64,000 bases of DNA from the NCBI GenBank assembly GCA_017535325.1, contig JAFXUC010000089.1:4674-68673 (forward strand). The letters run 5' to 3'. The DNA comes from Bacteroidales bacterium. Its GTDB lineage: Bacteria; Bacteroidota; Bacteroidia; Bacteroidales; UBA3824. A program made the position numbers and the translations under genes. Shown here in pieces: positions 8,972 through 18,800 of this stretch (its first letter is position 1; each line of letters opens with the position of its first letter). The notes under the pieces were generated by a model. The model made no database searches, was not told where the DNA came from, and was given only the letters and a program-made list of their open reading frames with translations.

Positions 8972-9392
8972 TTATTTTGTAAACGCCCTCATCTTCGTCT
9001 TCCGGCTCTGCTTCAAATTCGGTTTCTACAAACTCAAAACCGAGGTTCAAAAGTTCGGAATATTTTTGTCCGCTTTTAAGCATCTCGCTGTCGTCTTTTT
9101 CGTAAAACCATTTTACATGAACCTCGCTGCTCTGTTTTAAACTGCTGATAAGCGTAACGAGTTTTGCGATTTGTTTTGCACTCGAAGTGTTGAAATACGT
9201 ATAACCGAACTCGATTTCGGTAACTTTTTGAGGCGTTTTTGAATATTCCGAAACCCACTGATACAAAGGCTCATAAAAGCCGTACGCATCTTCAAGCCAA
9301 GACGTGCCGCTGATTCGGATAAAACCTTTCTGAAAGTCCATTACAACTTCCGGAGAATCTTCCGTGCCTTTGATATTAAGAGTTTCAATCAT
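8961..9392 (-). CDS. DUF1987 / SiaC-like partner-switch phosphoprotein
   Basis: 143-aa ORF with the DUF1987 pattern IKGTEDSPEVVMDFQKGFIRISGTSWLEDAYGFYEPLYQWV ... EFGYTYFNTSSAKQIAKLV and an acidic tail. It lies 7 nt downstream of the kinase-like gene. Confidence 0.75.
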   Translation of the reverse strand: MIETLNIKGTEDSPEVVMDFQKGFIRISGTSWLEDAYGFYEPLYQWVSEYSKTPQKVTEIEFGYTYFNTSSAKQIAKLVTLISSLKQSSEVHVKWFYEKDDSEMLKSGQKYSELLNLGFEFVETEFEAEPEDEDEGVYKIIKK

Positions 9393-9399
9393 TTTTCAT

Positions 9400-10539
9400 T
9401 TAAATATTAATGTAAGTTGTTATCTTAAAAAGCGAATACCCCTCTTCGGTGTCAAAAAACTGATATTCAAGCGGGTTTTTGCTTTTGTTCCTGATTTCAA
9501 TAAGACCGAGACCGCCCTCTTTGAAGGACTCGTCGCTGTCAAAATCAAAAAGTCTCTCGTTATAATAATCTTCTCTTTCTTCGTCGGTAAGGGAGTTAAT
9601 ATGGTCGATTTTGTAAGACAACTGCTCCTTGTCGGTTGTCTTTACGTAATTTATGGTCGTAAGACAATATTTTCCGCTATTGAGCGAAATATAAAAAATT
9701 CCCTGACAACCGCTTATGCCCGAAACAGTTACATTACCGTGGTGAATAATGTTCTGGAGCATTTCAACCATTATGCTGATGATTTTTTTCTTGGAATTTA
9801 AGCCCCCGCTCATACGGCTTTTCATAATCGAAATCAGGCTCAACAGACTGTCCTGGTCAAACACCGCGCTGTAAATCAGCAAAATGGAATTGTCCAAAAT
9901 AAAACGGTGAAGATTTACCATATAATCAACCGTATAAACCGAACCCAAAGGCTGAACCGGAGCCTCGCCCAAGGTAATTCCGTTGATGTCGCTATGAAGG
10001 TAAAAATAAGAAATCTCGTCGTTGACCTTCTCGATATGATAAGAAAGTTTGTTGCCGGATTTTCTGACCATTTCTATGAGTCCGAGACCCGCACCGCCTT
10101 TGTTTGAGAGTTGTCCGTTGCCCAAAACCGCACGGTAAAAAATATCAAGTTCCTCGCTGTCAAGGCTGTTAATTTTGTCAAGTTTAGACCTTAAATCATC
10201 GATTTTGTTGTTTTCTATTATATTACCGGTAGTGATATAATACCACTTGTTCTGTTTTTGAATAGAAAAAAACGAACTTGTCATCTCTTCGGAATTTTCC
10301 TTGGCGTCGCCGTGCCGCGAAATGTTTTGAATACTCTCCACCATTATATGGAAAATCCGTTTCTTGATTTTACCTGAAATTCTGTCCCTGTCGATGTTTT
10401 TTTCGGCAAGAGATAAAATATGCTGCTGGAGGTTTTGCGTAAACTCACCACGATAGATATAGTTGAGGTCGTCTGTACCGGTAGACTTCATCAACTCTAT
10501 CACAAAATCCCTTTTTGCTATATTGTTATCCGAACTCAT
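9400..10539 (-). CDS. Internally duplicated GHKL (HATPase-like) SiaB/RsbW-type serine-kinase-like protein
   Basis: 379-aa ORF made of two homologous halves of about 190 aa. Matching pairs are KKRIFHIMVESIQNISRHG / KKKIISIMVEMLQNIIHHG (N-box-like E..N..H), DKINSLDSEELDIFY / DHINSLTDEEREDYY and KGGAGLGLIEMVRKSGNKLSYH / KEGGLGLIEIRNKSKNPLEYQ (G-box-like). The family call is by eye only. Confidence 0.55.
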   Translation of the reverse strand: MSSDNNIAKRDFVIELMKSTGTDDLNYIYRGEFTQNLQQHILSLAEKNIDRDRISGKIKKRIFHIMVESIQNISRHGDAKENSEEMTSSFFSIQKQNKWYYITTGNIIENNKIDDLRSKLDKINSLDSEELDIFYRAVLGNGQLSNKGGAGLGLIEMVRKSGNKLSYHIEKVNDEISYFYLHSDINGITLGEAPVQPLGSVYTVDYMVNLHRFILDNSILLIYSAVFDQDSLLSLISIMKSRMSGGLNSKKKIISIMVEMLQNIIHHGNVTVSGISGCQGIFYISLNSGKYCLTTINYVKTTDKEQLSYKIDHINSLTDEEREDYYNERLFDFDSDESFKEGGLGLIEIRNKSKNPLEYQFFDTEEGYSLFKITTYINI

Positions 10540-10552
10540 AAAAAACTTTTGT

Positions 10553-10560
10553 CAAAATTA
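10553..10560 (-). promoter_or_regulatory. Candidate -7 promoter box for the kinase-like/DUF1987 pair (TAATTTTG on the minus strand)
   Basis: Exact TAnnTTTG match 14 nt upstream of ATG 10539, downstream of the rpoD terminator. Confidence 0.3.
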
Positions 10561-10643
10561 CTAATAATTTAAATGCAAATTTCTTGCCTTGTTTAGATTT
10601 TTTTACATTTTAACATTTTTTAATATCCAAGCGGTTAAACTAT

Positions 10644-10671
10644 AAAAAAAGACCGCCTTACGCAGACGGTC
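10644..10671 (-). terminator. Rho-independent terminator after rpoD
   Basis: The minus strand reads GACCGTC-TGCGTAA-GGCGGTC (7-bp stem with one G-U pair, 7-nt loop) followed by TTTTTTT. It lies 44 nt after the rpoD stop (10715). Confidence 0.7.
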
Positions 10672-10714
10672 CTCCAAAAACAAAAACCTAAAAATTATGA
10701 ATAAATAAATTTTT

Positions 10715-11575
10715 CTAACCTAAATAGGCTTTAAGCAGATTGCTCCGAGAGGTGTTTCTCAGTCTGCGGATTGCTTTTTCTCTGATTTGGCGCACCCTTT
10801 CACGTGTAAGACCGTATTGGTCGCCGATTTCTTCGAGACTGAGTTCCTGACAACCTATTCCGAACGAAAGTCTTAAAATTGAACGCTCGCGTTCCGTAAG
10901 GGTTGAAAATGCCCTTTCGATTTCCTTGCTTAAAGACTCGTTCATCAAGTTGCCGTCCGCTACCTGCGAATCGGGGTTTTCCAAAACGTCCAACAAACTG
11001 TTTTCTTCGCCTTGAACAAACGGTGCGTCAACGCTCACGTGCTTACCTGAAACTCGCATTGTGTCCGAAACTTTTTCTGCCGGAAGATCAAGAATTTTGC
11101 TCAATTCCTCAGGAGACGGTTTGCGCTGATGCTCTTGCTCAAAGTCTGATACAGCCTTGTTGTACTTGCTTAAAGAACTTACTTGATTCAATGGCAAACG
11201 TACAATTCTCGATTGCTCGTTGATAGCCTGCATAATAGACTGACGAATCCACCAAACGGCGTAAGAAATAAACTTAAAACCGCGTGTTTCGTCAAACTTT
11301 TCAGCAGCCTTAATCAAGCCGAGATTGCCCTCGTTAATTAAGTCGGGCAGGCTCAATCCTTGATTTTGATACTGTTTCGCAACAGATACAACAAATCTGA
11401 GATTTGCACTCGCCAATTTCTCAACAGCAGAACGGTCGCCCCTACGAATCCTCTGAGCGAGTTCTACCTCCTCTTCAACAGAGATTAACTCATATTTACC
11501 GATTTCCTGCAAATACTTGTCGAGCGATGCGCTCTCCCTGTTGGTGATTGATTTTGTAATCTTAAGCTGTCTCAT
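10715..11575 (-). CDS. rpoD: Primary (housekeeping) RNA polymerase sigma-70 factor, short Bacteroidota type
   Basis: 286 aa. The N-terminus [26 protein letters not shown] is characteristic of Bacteroidales primary sigma. Region 2 reads [57 protein letters not shown] and region 4.2 reads [19 protein letters not shown]. Confidence 0.95.
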   Translation of the reverse strand: MRQLKITKSITNRESASLDKYLQEIGKYELISVEEEVELAQRIRRGDRSAVEKLASANLRFVVSVAKQYQNQGLSLPDLINEGNLGLIKAAEKFDETRGFKFISYAVWWIRQSIMQAINEQSRIVRLPLNQVSSLSKYNKAVSDFEQEHQRKPSPEELSKILDLPAEKVSDTMRVSGKHVSVDAPFVQGEENSLLDVLENPDSQVADGNLMNESLSKEIERAFSTLTERERSILRLSFGIGCQELSLEEIGDQYGLTRERVRQIREKAIRRLRNTSRSNLLKAYLG

Positions 11576-11661
11576 AACTCTATATAAATATATCCTAAAA
11601 TTTTGTGCTTGTAACTACTTGCACCATTTATTCTAAACGTAATTTTTGAAAAAAAGTTTCA

Positions 11662-11669
11662 CAAAATTA
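11662..11669 (-). promoter_or_regulatory. Candidate -7 promoter box for rpoD (TAATTTTG on the minus strand)
   Basis: Exact TAnnTTTG match about 87 nt upstream of ATG 11575. A weaker TATATTTA lies closer to the start, so the assignment is tentative. Confidence 0.25.
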
Positions 11670-11767
11670 CAGTTTTTTTTGGTGATATTATAAAAAATAA
11701 CGTTTTTTAAGAATTTATACCAAAAATTATTCCTTACTTTGCCGTACAAATTAAAATTTTAATTAAT

Positions 11768-12082
11768 ATGAACGAAAATTTACAAACACAAGACGGCGAA
11801 ATCCAAATTATTTCGCTGAAAGACGAAGACGGTAACGATAAAGATTTTGAGATTCTTGACGAACTCGAATACGAAGGTGTTAATTACTGCGCTCTTATGC
11901 CCTATTACGGCGACAGCGAAGACTTGGACTCTGAAAAAGAGGAAGACACCGACATCATTATCGTCCGTTTCTACAAGGACGAAAACGGCGAAGAGTATTG
12001 CGAATCAATAGAGGACGACGACCTCTTTGACAAAGTAGCCGCACTTTTCGATGAAAGAATCGAAAAAATGTACGAAGAATAA
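11768..12082 (+). CDS. DUF1292-family small acidic protein
   Basis: 104 aa with the typical DUF1292 pattern: IISLKDEDGNDKDFEILDELEYEGVNYCALMP ... IIIVRFYKDENGEEYCESIEDDDLFDKVAALF. Confidence 0.75.
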   Translation: MNENLQTQDGEIQIISLKDEDGNDKDFEILDELEYEGVNYCALMPYYGDSEDLDSEKEEDTDIIIVRFYKDENGEEYCESIEDDDLFDKVAALFDERIEKMYEE

Positions 12083-12094
12083 AAAACATTTTTA

Positions 12095-12124
12095 AGGGGA
12101 TTTTTTAATCCCCTGTTTTTTTCA
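12095..12124. terminator. Hairpin plus T-run between convergent genes (likely bidirectional terminator)
   Basis: AGGGGATT-TTTT-AATCCCCT (8-bp stem) followed by GTTTTTTTT on the plus strand and preceded by an A-rich run. The stop codon of the minus-strand gene (12105-12107) sits in the loop. Confidence 0.6.
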
Positions 12125-12758
12125 AAAATTCCGAAATTTCCGCGTTAAGAGATTTGATGTGCATTTCCGACATTTGGTCTTTATTAAGAGGCAAACCAAG
12201 AAAATTAGTAGGGAAAAGCGAAAATCTCAACTGGAAAAAATGCGACATCAAACGCGCCATGCGGTAATTTGCAACGCTCCAGGGCAGGAGTTCAAAAATC
12301 TCGAAATACGCCTCAAAGGTCAGCATATATTTTTCCCACGGCTGCATATCCTGAACATTCTGACATTTTATATTCATCTGTTCGCAAAAGTCGCTTAATT
12401 CCTGAGTCTTAAAACATTCCCTTCCGCTTTCGCAGTCAATGTATTTGGTACACAAAAGCCAAAAACCGTTGACATCGTTAAAAGTCAAAACTTTGTTTGT
12501 TTTAGCAAACTCCGAAGCCGCCTTATACGCGCGGAAAAGTCCGTAAAGCATTTCATAATCCGACAAACGGCTTGGCGTGGAGGTACAACCCGTTTCAAAA
12601 AGCGTCTCAGCCCCCTCCTGCCCTATTTCCGCGCCGGAGAGAACCGCACTTTGCCAAACAATCTTGTAAAGATAGTTTTTCATGTAACCGTCCTGGCTGT
12701 CTATTTCCAAAGACTTGAATTTGGCGTTGGTATTATAAAAATCCGCTTCTATACTCAT
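12105..12758 (-). CDS. Hypothetical protein, Fic/DOC-like fold with a degenerate active-site motif
   Basis: 217-aa ORF. LPWSVANYRMARLM aligns with the Fic motif HPFx(D/E)GNGRxxRLL but has Leu for the catalytic His and ANY for GNG. An upstream SAVLSGAEIGQEGAETLFETG resembles the Fic N-terminal xIEGxxLTxxE segment. The coding call is firm, but the family call is by eye. Confidence 0.5.
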   Translation of the reverse strand: MSIEADFYNTNAKFKSLEIDSQDGYMKNYLYKIVWQSAVLSGAEIGQEGAETLFETGCTSTPSRLSDYEMLYGLFRAYKAASEFAKTNKVLTFNDVNGFWLLCTKYIDCESGRECFKTQELSDFCEQMNIKCQNVQDMQPWEKYMLTFEAYFEIFELLPWSVANYRMARLMSHFFQLRFSLFPTNFLGLPLNKDQMSEMHIKSLNAEISEFLKKTGD

Positions 12759-12784
12759 TTTTTTACCATATAATAGTTACGTTG

Positions 12785-12792
12785 CAAATGTA
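12785..12792 (-). promoter_or_regulatory. Candidate -7 promoter box for the Fic-like gene (TACATTTG on the minus strand)
   Basis: Exact TAnnTTTG match 27 nt upstream of ATG 12758, just downstream of the giant-gene terminator. Confidence 0.3.
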
Positions 12793-12804
12793 AAAACATT
12801 TTTG

Positions 12805-12853
12805 TAAAAAACAAAGAAAATGCCGTAAACTTTTTAAGGGTTTACGGCATTTT
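12805..12853 (-). terminator. Rho-independent terminator of the giant gene
   Basis: Perfect 14-bp inverted repeat AAAATGCCGTAAAC (12817-12830) / GTTTACGGCATTTT (12840-12853) with a 9-nt loop. On the minus strand it is followed by CTTTGTTTTTT. It begins 26 nt after the TAA stop (12879-12881). Confidence 0.75.
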
Positions 12854-12878
12854 ACTTTATCAAGATTTGCGAAATTTA

Positions 12879-15800
12879 TTATCTGAGCAACGTTACGTTA
12901 CCGATTTGCTTGAAGAGTTTTCCGTTTTCAAACGTACATCTGCACTTGAATACGTAAACGTCCTGTTTGCAAAGTTCGCCACGGTAGTAACCGTCCCAAC
13001 CTATATCCGGATCGGTTGTCTCGTAAATCTTCTCGCCGTAGCGGTTGAAGATTTCAAGGATGTAGGTTCCTTTCTTGACACCGCGTCTCGGGTACGGCAA
13101 GAATACGAAGTTTTCGAACTTGGTCTCAATACCGCCGCAAGGTCCTGACGGGTCAGGTCTGAACGCGGTCGGGAATCTCAACATACCCTCAGCCTCAACT
13201 CTTACCGGAACTTCCTTGCCTTGGGCAGGACAATTCTTGTCAGACCAAACTTTCAAGTTGACGTAATATGTACCCGGTTCGGTGTAATAGTGAACAGGCT
13301 CCATTTCGTCGTAAACATTGCCGTCGCCCATTTCCCACTTGTAGGTTGCAGCACCCTCAGACTCGTTCTTGGTAAAGAGCGGTACATTCGGCAGCCTTAC
13401 TGTATCCGGATGTATTGAGAAGTTGACCGTAGGTGTCGGGTTGATGATCAACGTATCAGTTCTCATAAATACCTCGTGGTCTGCACCGGGACCGTAAGCG
13501 TATTCTGTCAAGAGGTAACGTCCTACCTTGTTGAACAAGTACGATTCGGCTTTCCCGTCGGGAACCATCAATTCTGCTTCAAGTACCGGAGTCTCTGCCG
13601 CATAGTAGATTTCCCATTTTACAGAGTCAGCAAAATCTACACCCTGAACCAAATTGAATACCTCCGGGTTACAACGCTCCAACCTGCTCGGCTTAACAGT
13701 TCTTGTCGGAGCAGCGGGCAATATAGTAACTGTTACCGTATCGCTTGCAGGACAATGCTTGGTCGTAACATCAAGTATTACCTGATACTCACCGTAGGTC
13801 TTGTATTCCCAAAGTTCAGTACCTTTGTACTTAGTATTGTCTTCCCAAAGATCTGTTCCGCCGTCACCGAAACGCCATGTATATCTTACATCGTCGCCCG
13901 GAACGCTGTCGGCATACATCTCAACCTTCATATTAGGCTGCTTGTAGAGCGGACTCGAAAGTCTGATGTTAGCCGTCGGAACGCTGTATACCGTAACCTG
14001 AGCAGAATCAGAAGATGTACATACATCGTTCGGAATCTTCAAACGTGTAGAGAGCCATACCCAGTACGTTGTGTCGCGATATGATTTGTTTTCAAAGGTT
14101 TCAACCCTGATAGAATCATGATCGTCGGTGTCATAACTCTTTATATCGCCGAACTGCCAACGGTAAGATACGTAATCAACATCTTCTTCCGGTACAACCG
14201 TCGTGTTCTGGAACTGTGCCCTGAACGGACTGCAATCTGCCGCCGTACGCGGTATTATCTTGAAGTCAGGTTTCGGAGCAACGTAGTAAGTTACCCTTAC
14301 TGTATCCTCGTTGCGGCATGTTATCGTCGAACGGTCTTGCGTGTAAAGTTTCTCTGCCGTTACAACCGAGTGCCATACAAGAACGTTGGTCATCGCGTGG
14401 AGACTGTCAATCTTAGTATCGCGCTGCTGCTGGTCGTAGTAGTGAACGCCTCCGACAGGAGTATCCCAGTAACCTTTGACTACAATGCCCGATTCAGGAT
14501 CGTCAGTGTTAATCAACGAGTTGCCGTAAGGCTTAGAAGCATTCAACGTAGTGTAATCCACGCAGAGGTGCTGATCTTTGCCCGCGTCTACATCAAACGA
14601 GTAGTTGTAGATGATGACAGAGTCGGTAGCCGTAAAGCCGTTCTTTGTTACATTCCAGTAAAGAACGTTCTTGCCTCTTGTCAAACCGTGAACCGTAGTC
14701 TTCGGGTCTGTTGAGTTCTCGAACTTAGCACCGCCGTTTTGAGCAGCCGACCAGTGAGATACAGCACCTTCAACTTTCTGAGCATTCAATTTAACCGAAT
14801 CCTCGCAAATTGATTTGTCCGTACCGGCCTCTACTGTAAACGCACTGTAATTGATAGTTACAATATCAGTAGCCTTACAAGGCGGTATCCTTCTTACACC
14901 GTCAGGCGAATCGTCTTTCAAGGTTGCAATCCACCGCAACATATTCTGACCTTGTGCAAGGTTGGTAACATGAGTCTTAGGCTGTGTATAGTCGTCAAAC
15001 TTACCAGCACCGGTAGCCACATGCCATTCACCGGTATAAGTATCCACAATCTTCGCTTCTATATCGTACTCATTAGACTGATCTACGGTATATAAGTTGT
15101 CAGAGGTTCTTACGTCAGCATCAACCTTGAATTTGTAACATACGATTCTTACCGCAGCCTCAGCCGTACAGCCGGTTACATTATCTTTTACACTCCAAGT
15201 AAAGATGTTGGCGTAACCCTTACCGTCGTCATCGTAATACAAGCCTGATACTCTGGTATTGAACAACGTGCTGCTCTCAAACTGAGGTGTAACACCCGTT
15301 GCAACAATAGGTGTTTCAGAATCAGCACCCCATGTCCAATGACCTTCCTGCGTAGATGTCAGCGGCTGTCCTGCAAGTGTTGCAAACGTATCGCAGATTG
15401 CCTGATCCTCACCGGCTGTGATGTTTATTGACTGGTTGTTGACCACAACATCCTTGAAGGTCTTACATTGTATATTTTCTCCGTTAACAACCGTCCAACG
15501 GATAGTGTTAGATCCTGACTTCAACTGCTCAACCATAGAAGCCTGTGCAGTACTCAAGTTAGGAGGAATTACACCATATCCTTTAACAACCTGCCAGTAA
15601 CCAGAACCGGCTGACTGATGTGCCTCCAAGTTGGTTGACGGCGTACATACTGTCTTGTTACCAGAGTTTATCGTGATTTCAACCTGCTTGTTGGAAACCG
15701 TGATAGAGTTCGAAGCCGTACAACCGTTAAGTTCAACCGTCCAAGTCAAGACGTTGTCGCTTGCAGGCGGCAAGCCGTATACAGTGGTCTTGTTGTTGGT

Positions 15801-18800
15801 AGAGGACGTGAATGTGCCTGCACCAGACCAGTAACCTCTTGCCTCAGGTCCTTGATACAACGCTGTAACCGTAGTCATCGTATCGCAAATCTCGAAATCG
15901 CGACCCGCGCTCGTTACGAAGTGGTTGTTGTTGACAACAATTTCGTCCTGAGCATGACATCTCTTCGGATTGCCTTCCGCATCCATTACTTCGGCTGAGT
16001 AAACATGCCAGATCAAAGTGTTGGCACCCTGATGGATGTTGCTTACCGTGGTAATGTGAGCATCAGAATTTGCGATGTCAACATGACCGTTCGGATTTTC
16101 CCAGTATCCGTAACCGCCTGCCGGAGGCTCAGGACCGGAAATCGTTCTGATGTCATCGTCGTTACAAGCAACTATATCATCACCAAGTTCTGCGTTTACG
16201 GAGAAGTTCTGAACCTCTACCGATGCAACAGACTTACACTTGCCTTTTTCAATGTGCCAGTAAGAAGTGTTGGAACCGTTGATTGTCGGATACAACGTCG
16301 TTACAGGCTGAGTTGAATTAGAAACCTTTGCAGTTGTCGGCGGTTCCCACCAACCTGTTGCACCGCCTGTCGGAACGTTACCGATAAGTGTCGCATAACC
16401 GTCGCAGACAGGATTCGGTGTTGCAAGACTTGCTGTCGCCTTGTAAAGGTTGTTGACAACAATCAACCTTGCCGTAGCATTACACTCTGTTCCGTCGGCT
16501 TCTTTCTTTGAAATGTGCCAAATAAGCGTATGAGCACCTGTTGATACATTGTTGACAACCGCGTTTTCAGAATCGCTTCTTTCAATCTCAATTACCTGAG
16601 AAGGTGTCGTCCACCAGCCTCTTACACCCTCGCCGGCAGGTGCTGCTGAAATCGGGCTTGTAGTACCGCAGATTTCCAAAGTATCCGTACCGTTGTCGCC
16701 GGAGGTGCTTGTTATCAGTTTGTTGACTGTAATTGCTATCGTGTCTGACGACTTACAATTGCCTTTGTGGATTGTCCATGCGACATAGTTGACATCATCA
16801 CCAGTCAATCCGTATACCTTGGTGCTGTAAGAGGTTGAGTTCTCAAAGTTTCCGATACCGTCGGCAATAGTCCACTCGCCCCAAGTGCCTTGCGGAGGCA
16901 TGTTAGCCAAAATGTTGGTAAACGTATCGCAAGATGTCTGAGTCTCACGAACAAGAGCCTGCGGAGGTTTGTTGTTAAGAACCCTGATGTCAGCGTAGTT
17001 TTGACACTCCCTGTCTTTCATCATAGTCGTTACAGTCCATCTCAAAACGTTGACACCTTCTTGGAGGTTTCTAACCTTAGAGTTGTTCTGATCTGATGTT
17101 TCAAATTCCGCATCAGAGCCGACAGCCTCCCACTTAGAGGTGTAATCACTAACGTTGACATATCCGTAAACCTCGCCTTCGTCAGAGCAGTATTCCTCAG
17201 CACTTGAAGATACCGAAACTTGTACGTTGCTGCTTTCCACTTTGATTGTATCAGAAGAGAAACAAGCATTCGGATCTGTCTTATAAAGTTTGTCGCTGAT
17301 AAAGTTCGGCAAATCTTTATACATACCGCCTCTGATTATCGTCCAAGCAAACGAGTTGCCGCTGCTCAAACCGAGAACCTTGGTCTTGAAACTTGTTGAT
17401 TCGAGACATTCACCGCTGCCGCTTACAGTCTCCCAGAATCCGATTTCGTCAACACCGGGAGTATTACCAATCAAGGTAGTGTTGTTCAAGCAAGAGGTCT
17501 GGTCGTCGCCGGCATACGCCTGTGTAGGCTTGTTGACAGTAACCGTTACCAGAGCAGTTGCCTCACAAGCACCGTTAGAGATTGTCCAACGGAATGTGTT
17601 ACCGCCGATTTGGAGACCTGTAACCTCAGTCTTGAACGAGGTTACGTCTTTAATCTCACCCTGATCGGTGATATGAGTCCACTTACCTGAGTAGATACCC
17701 GGATCTTGTGCTTGAAGTACTGCGTCAGTTTCACAAGTTACAAAATCCTGACCTGCGGTCGTAGTCAAGTTCTCGTTGGTAAGAACAACTTCTGCCTGAG
17801 AGGTACACTTATGACCTTCTTCAACATTCGTAATCGTCCAATAGAACCTGCTCTGACCAATCGGCAGTTTGTGAATTTCAGTGTAAGAACTGCTCGGATT
17901 ATCAATTACAACAGGAGAGTTATCCTTTCCTTCTATTGTCCACTCACCTGTACCGACTTTCGGATCGTTACCGCTAAGGTGATAATCCTCGGTACATACA
18001 GGAGTGCTTTCCATTACAACAGCCTTGTCAGGAGCAACATTTCTGATTACAACATCATCGTGAACATCACACTTGTTGTAGTATACGTGCCACTCAAAGG
18101 TGCTGATACCGTGGGTCAAGTTGCGAACCGTAGTCGTGTTACAAAGTGCCGAATACGGGTTGGTTGTACTTGCGTATTGCGGCAAGTTGCTGTTGTGAGT
18201 TCTGGCAAGGTCGAACTTGCCGCCCATACCGTAACCTTTCTCCCATTTAACTGAGTCGTAAACCTCAGGCATTACAGCAAAGAACTGATAGTGGTCGTCG
18301 CAAGTAATAATCTCGTTACCTTCTTTCATTCCGGCATTTGCAACTGCACCGTCGTTGATAATAGTTACGTTCTTGGTCATCTTACAAGTACCGTTATCAA
18401 CCGTCCAACTAAGAACGTTCTTACCGAAGCCCAAGCCTGTTACCTCAGAACCAAAGTTCGTTGAGTTAACAAAATGTATCGTCTCAGGTCCGCTAACCGG
18501 CTGCCAGTAAGACTTAACATTAGGCAAGTCGCTGTCATCCTCAAAACTTGCAGGACTCGTTGCCGCAAGAGGCGCAGTCGTAGAACAAGTTACCTGATCT
18601 TCGCCGGCAGTAAAGCCCGGATAAGACTTATGGAAGATGTCAACATAAGCATCACCATCACAACCGTTTTCTGCCACAACGTGCCATACGATAGTATTAG
18701 TACCAAATTTGAGGTTAGAAACCTTCGTTACATTCTTGGATGCATTCTCGAATACAACTGTACCGTTGGTATTAGCAGAAGACCAATATCCTATATCACC

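Noticed and set aside
392-11223. Antisense or off-frame ORFs overlapping the housekeeping genes. Examples are 392-697, 838-1116, 1476-1790, 1885-2307, 2605-2895, 4270-4881 (203 aa), 6300-6977 (225 aa), 7937-8146, 8395-8754, 8432-8875, 9364-9801 and 10903-11223.
   Set aside because: Each lies inside, or opposite to, a gene with clear family motifs (PP2C, SufB, RecJ, AAA ATPase, RibD, kinase-like, RpoD), and none shows any recognisable domain.
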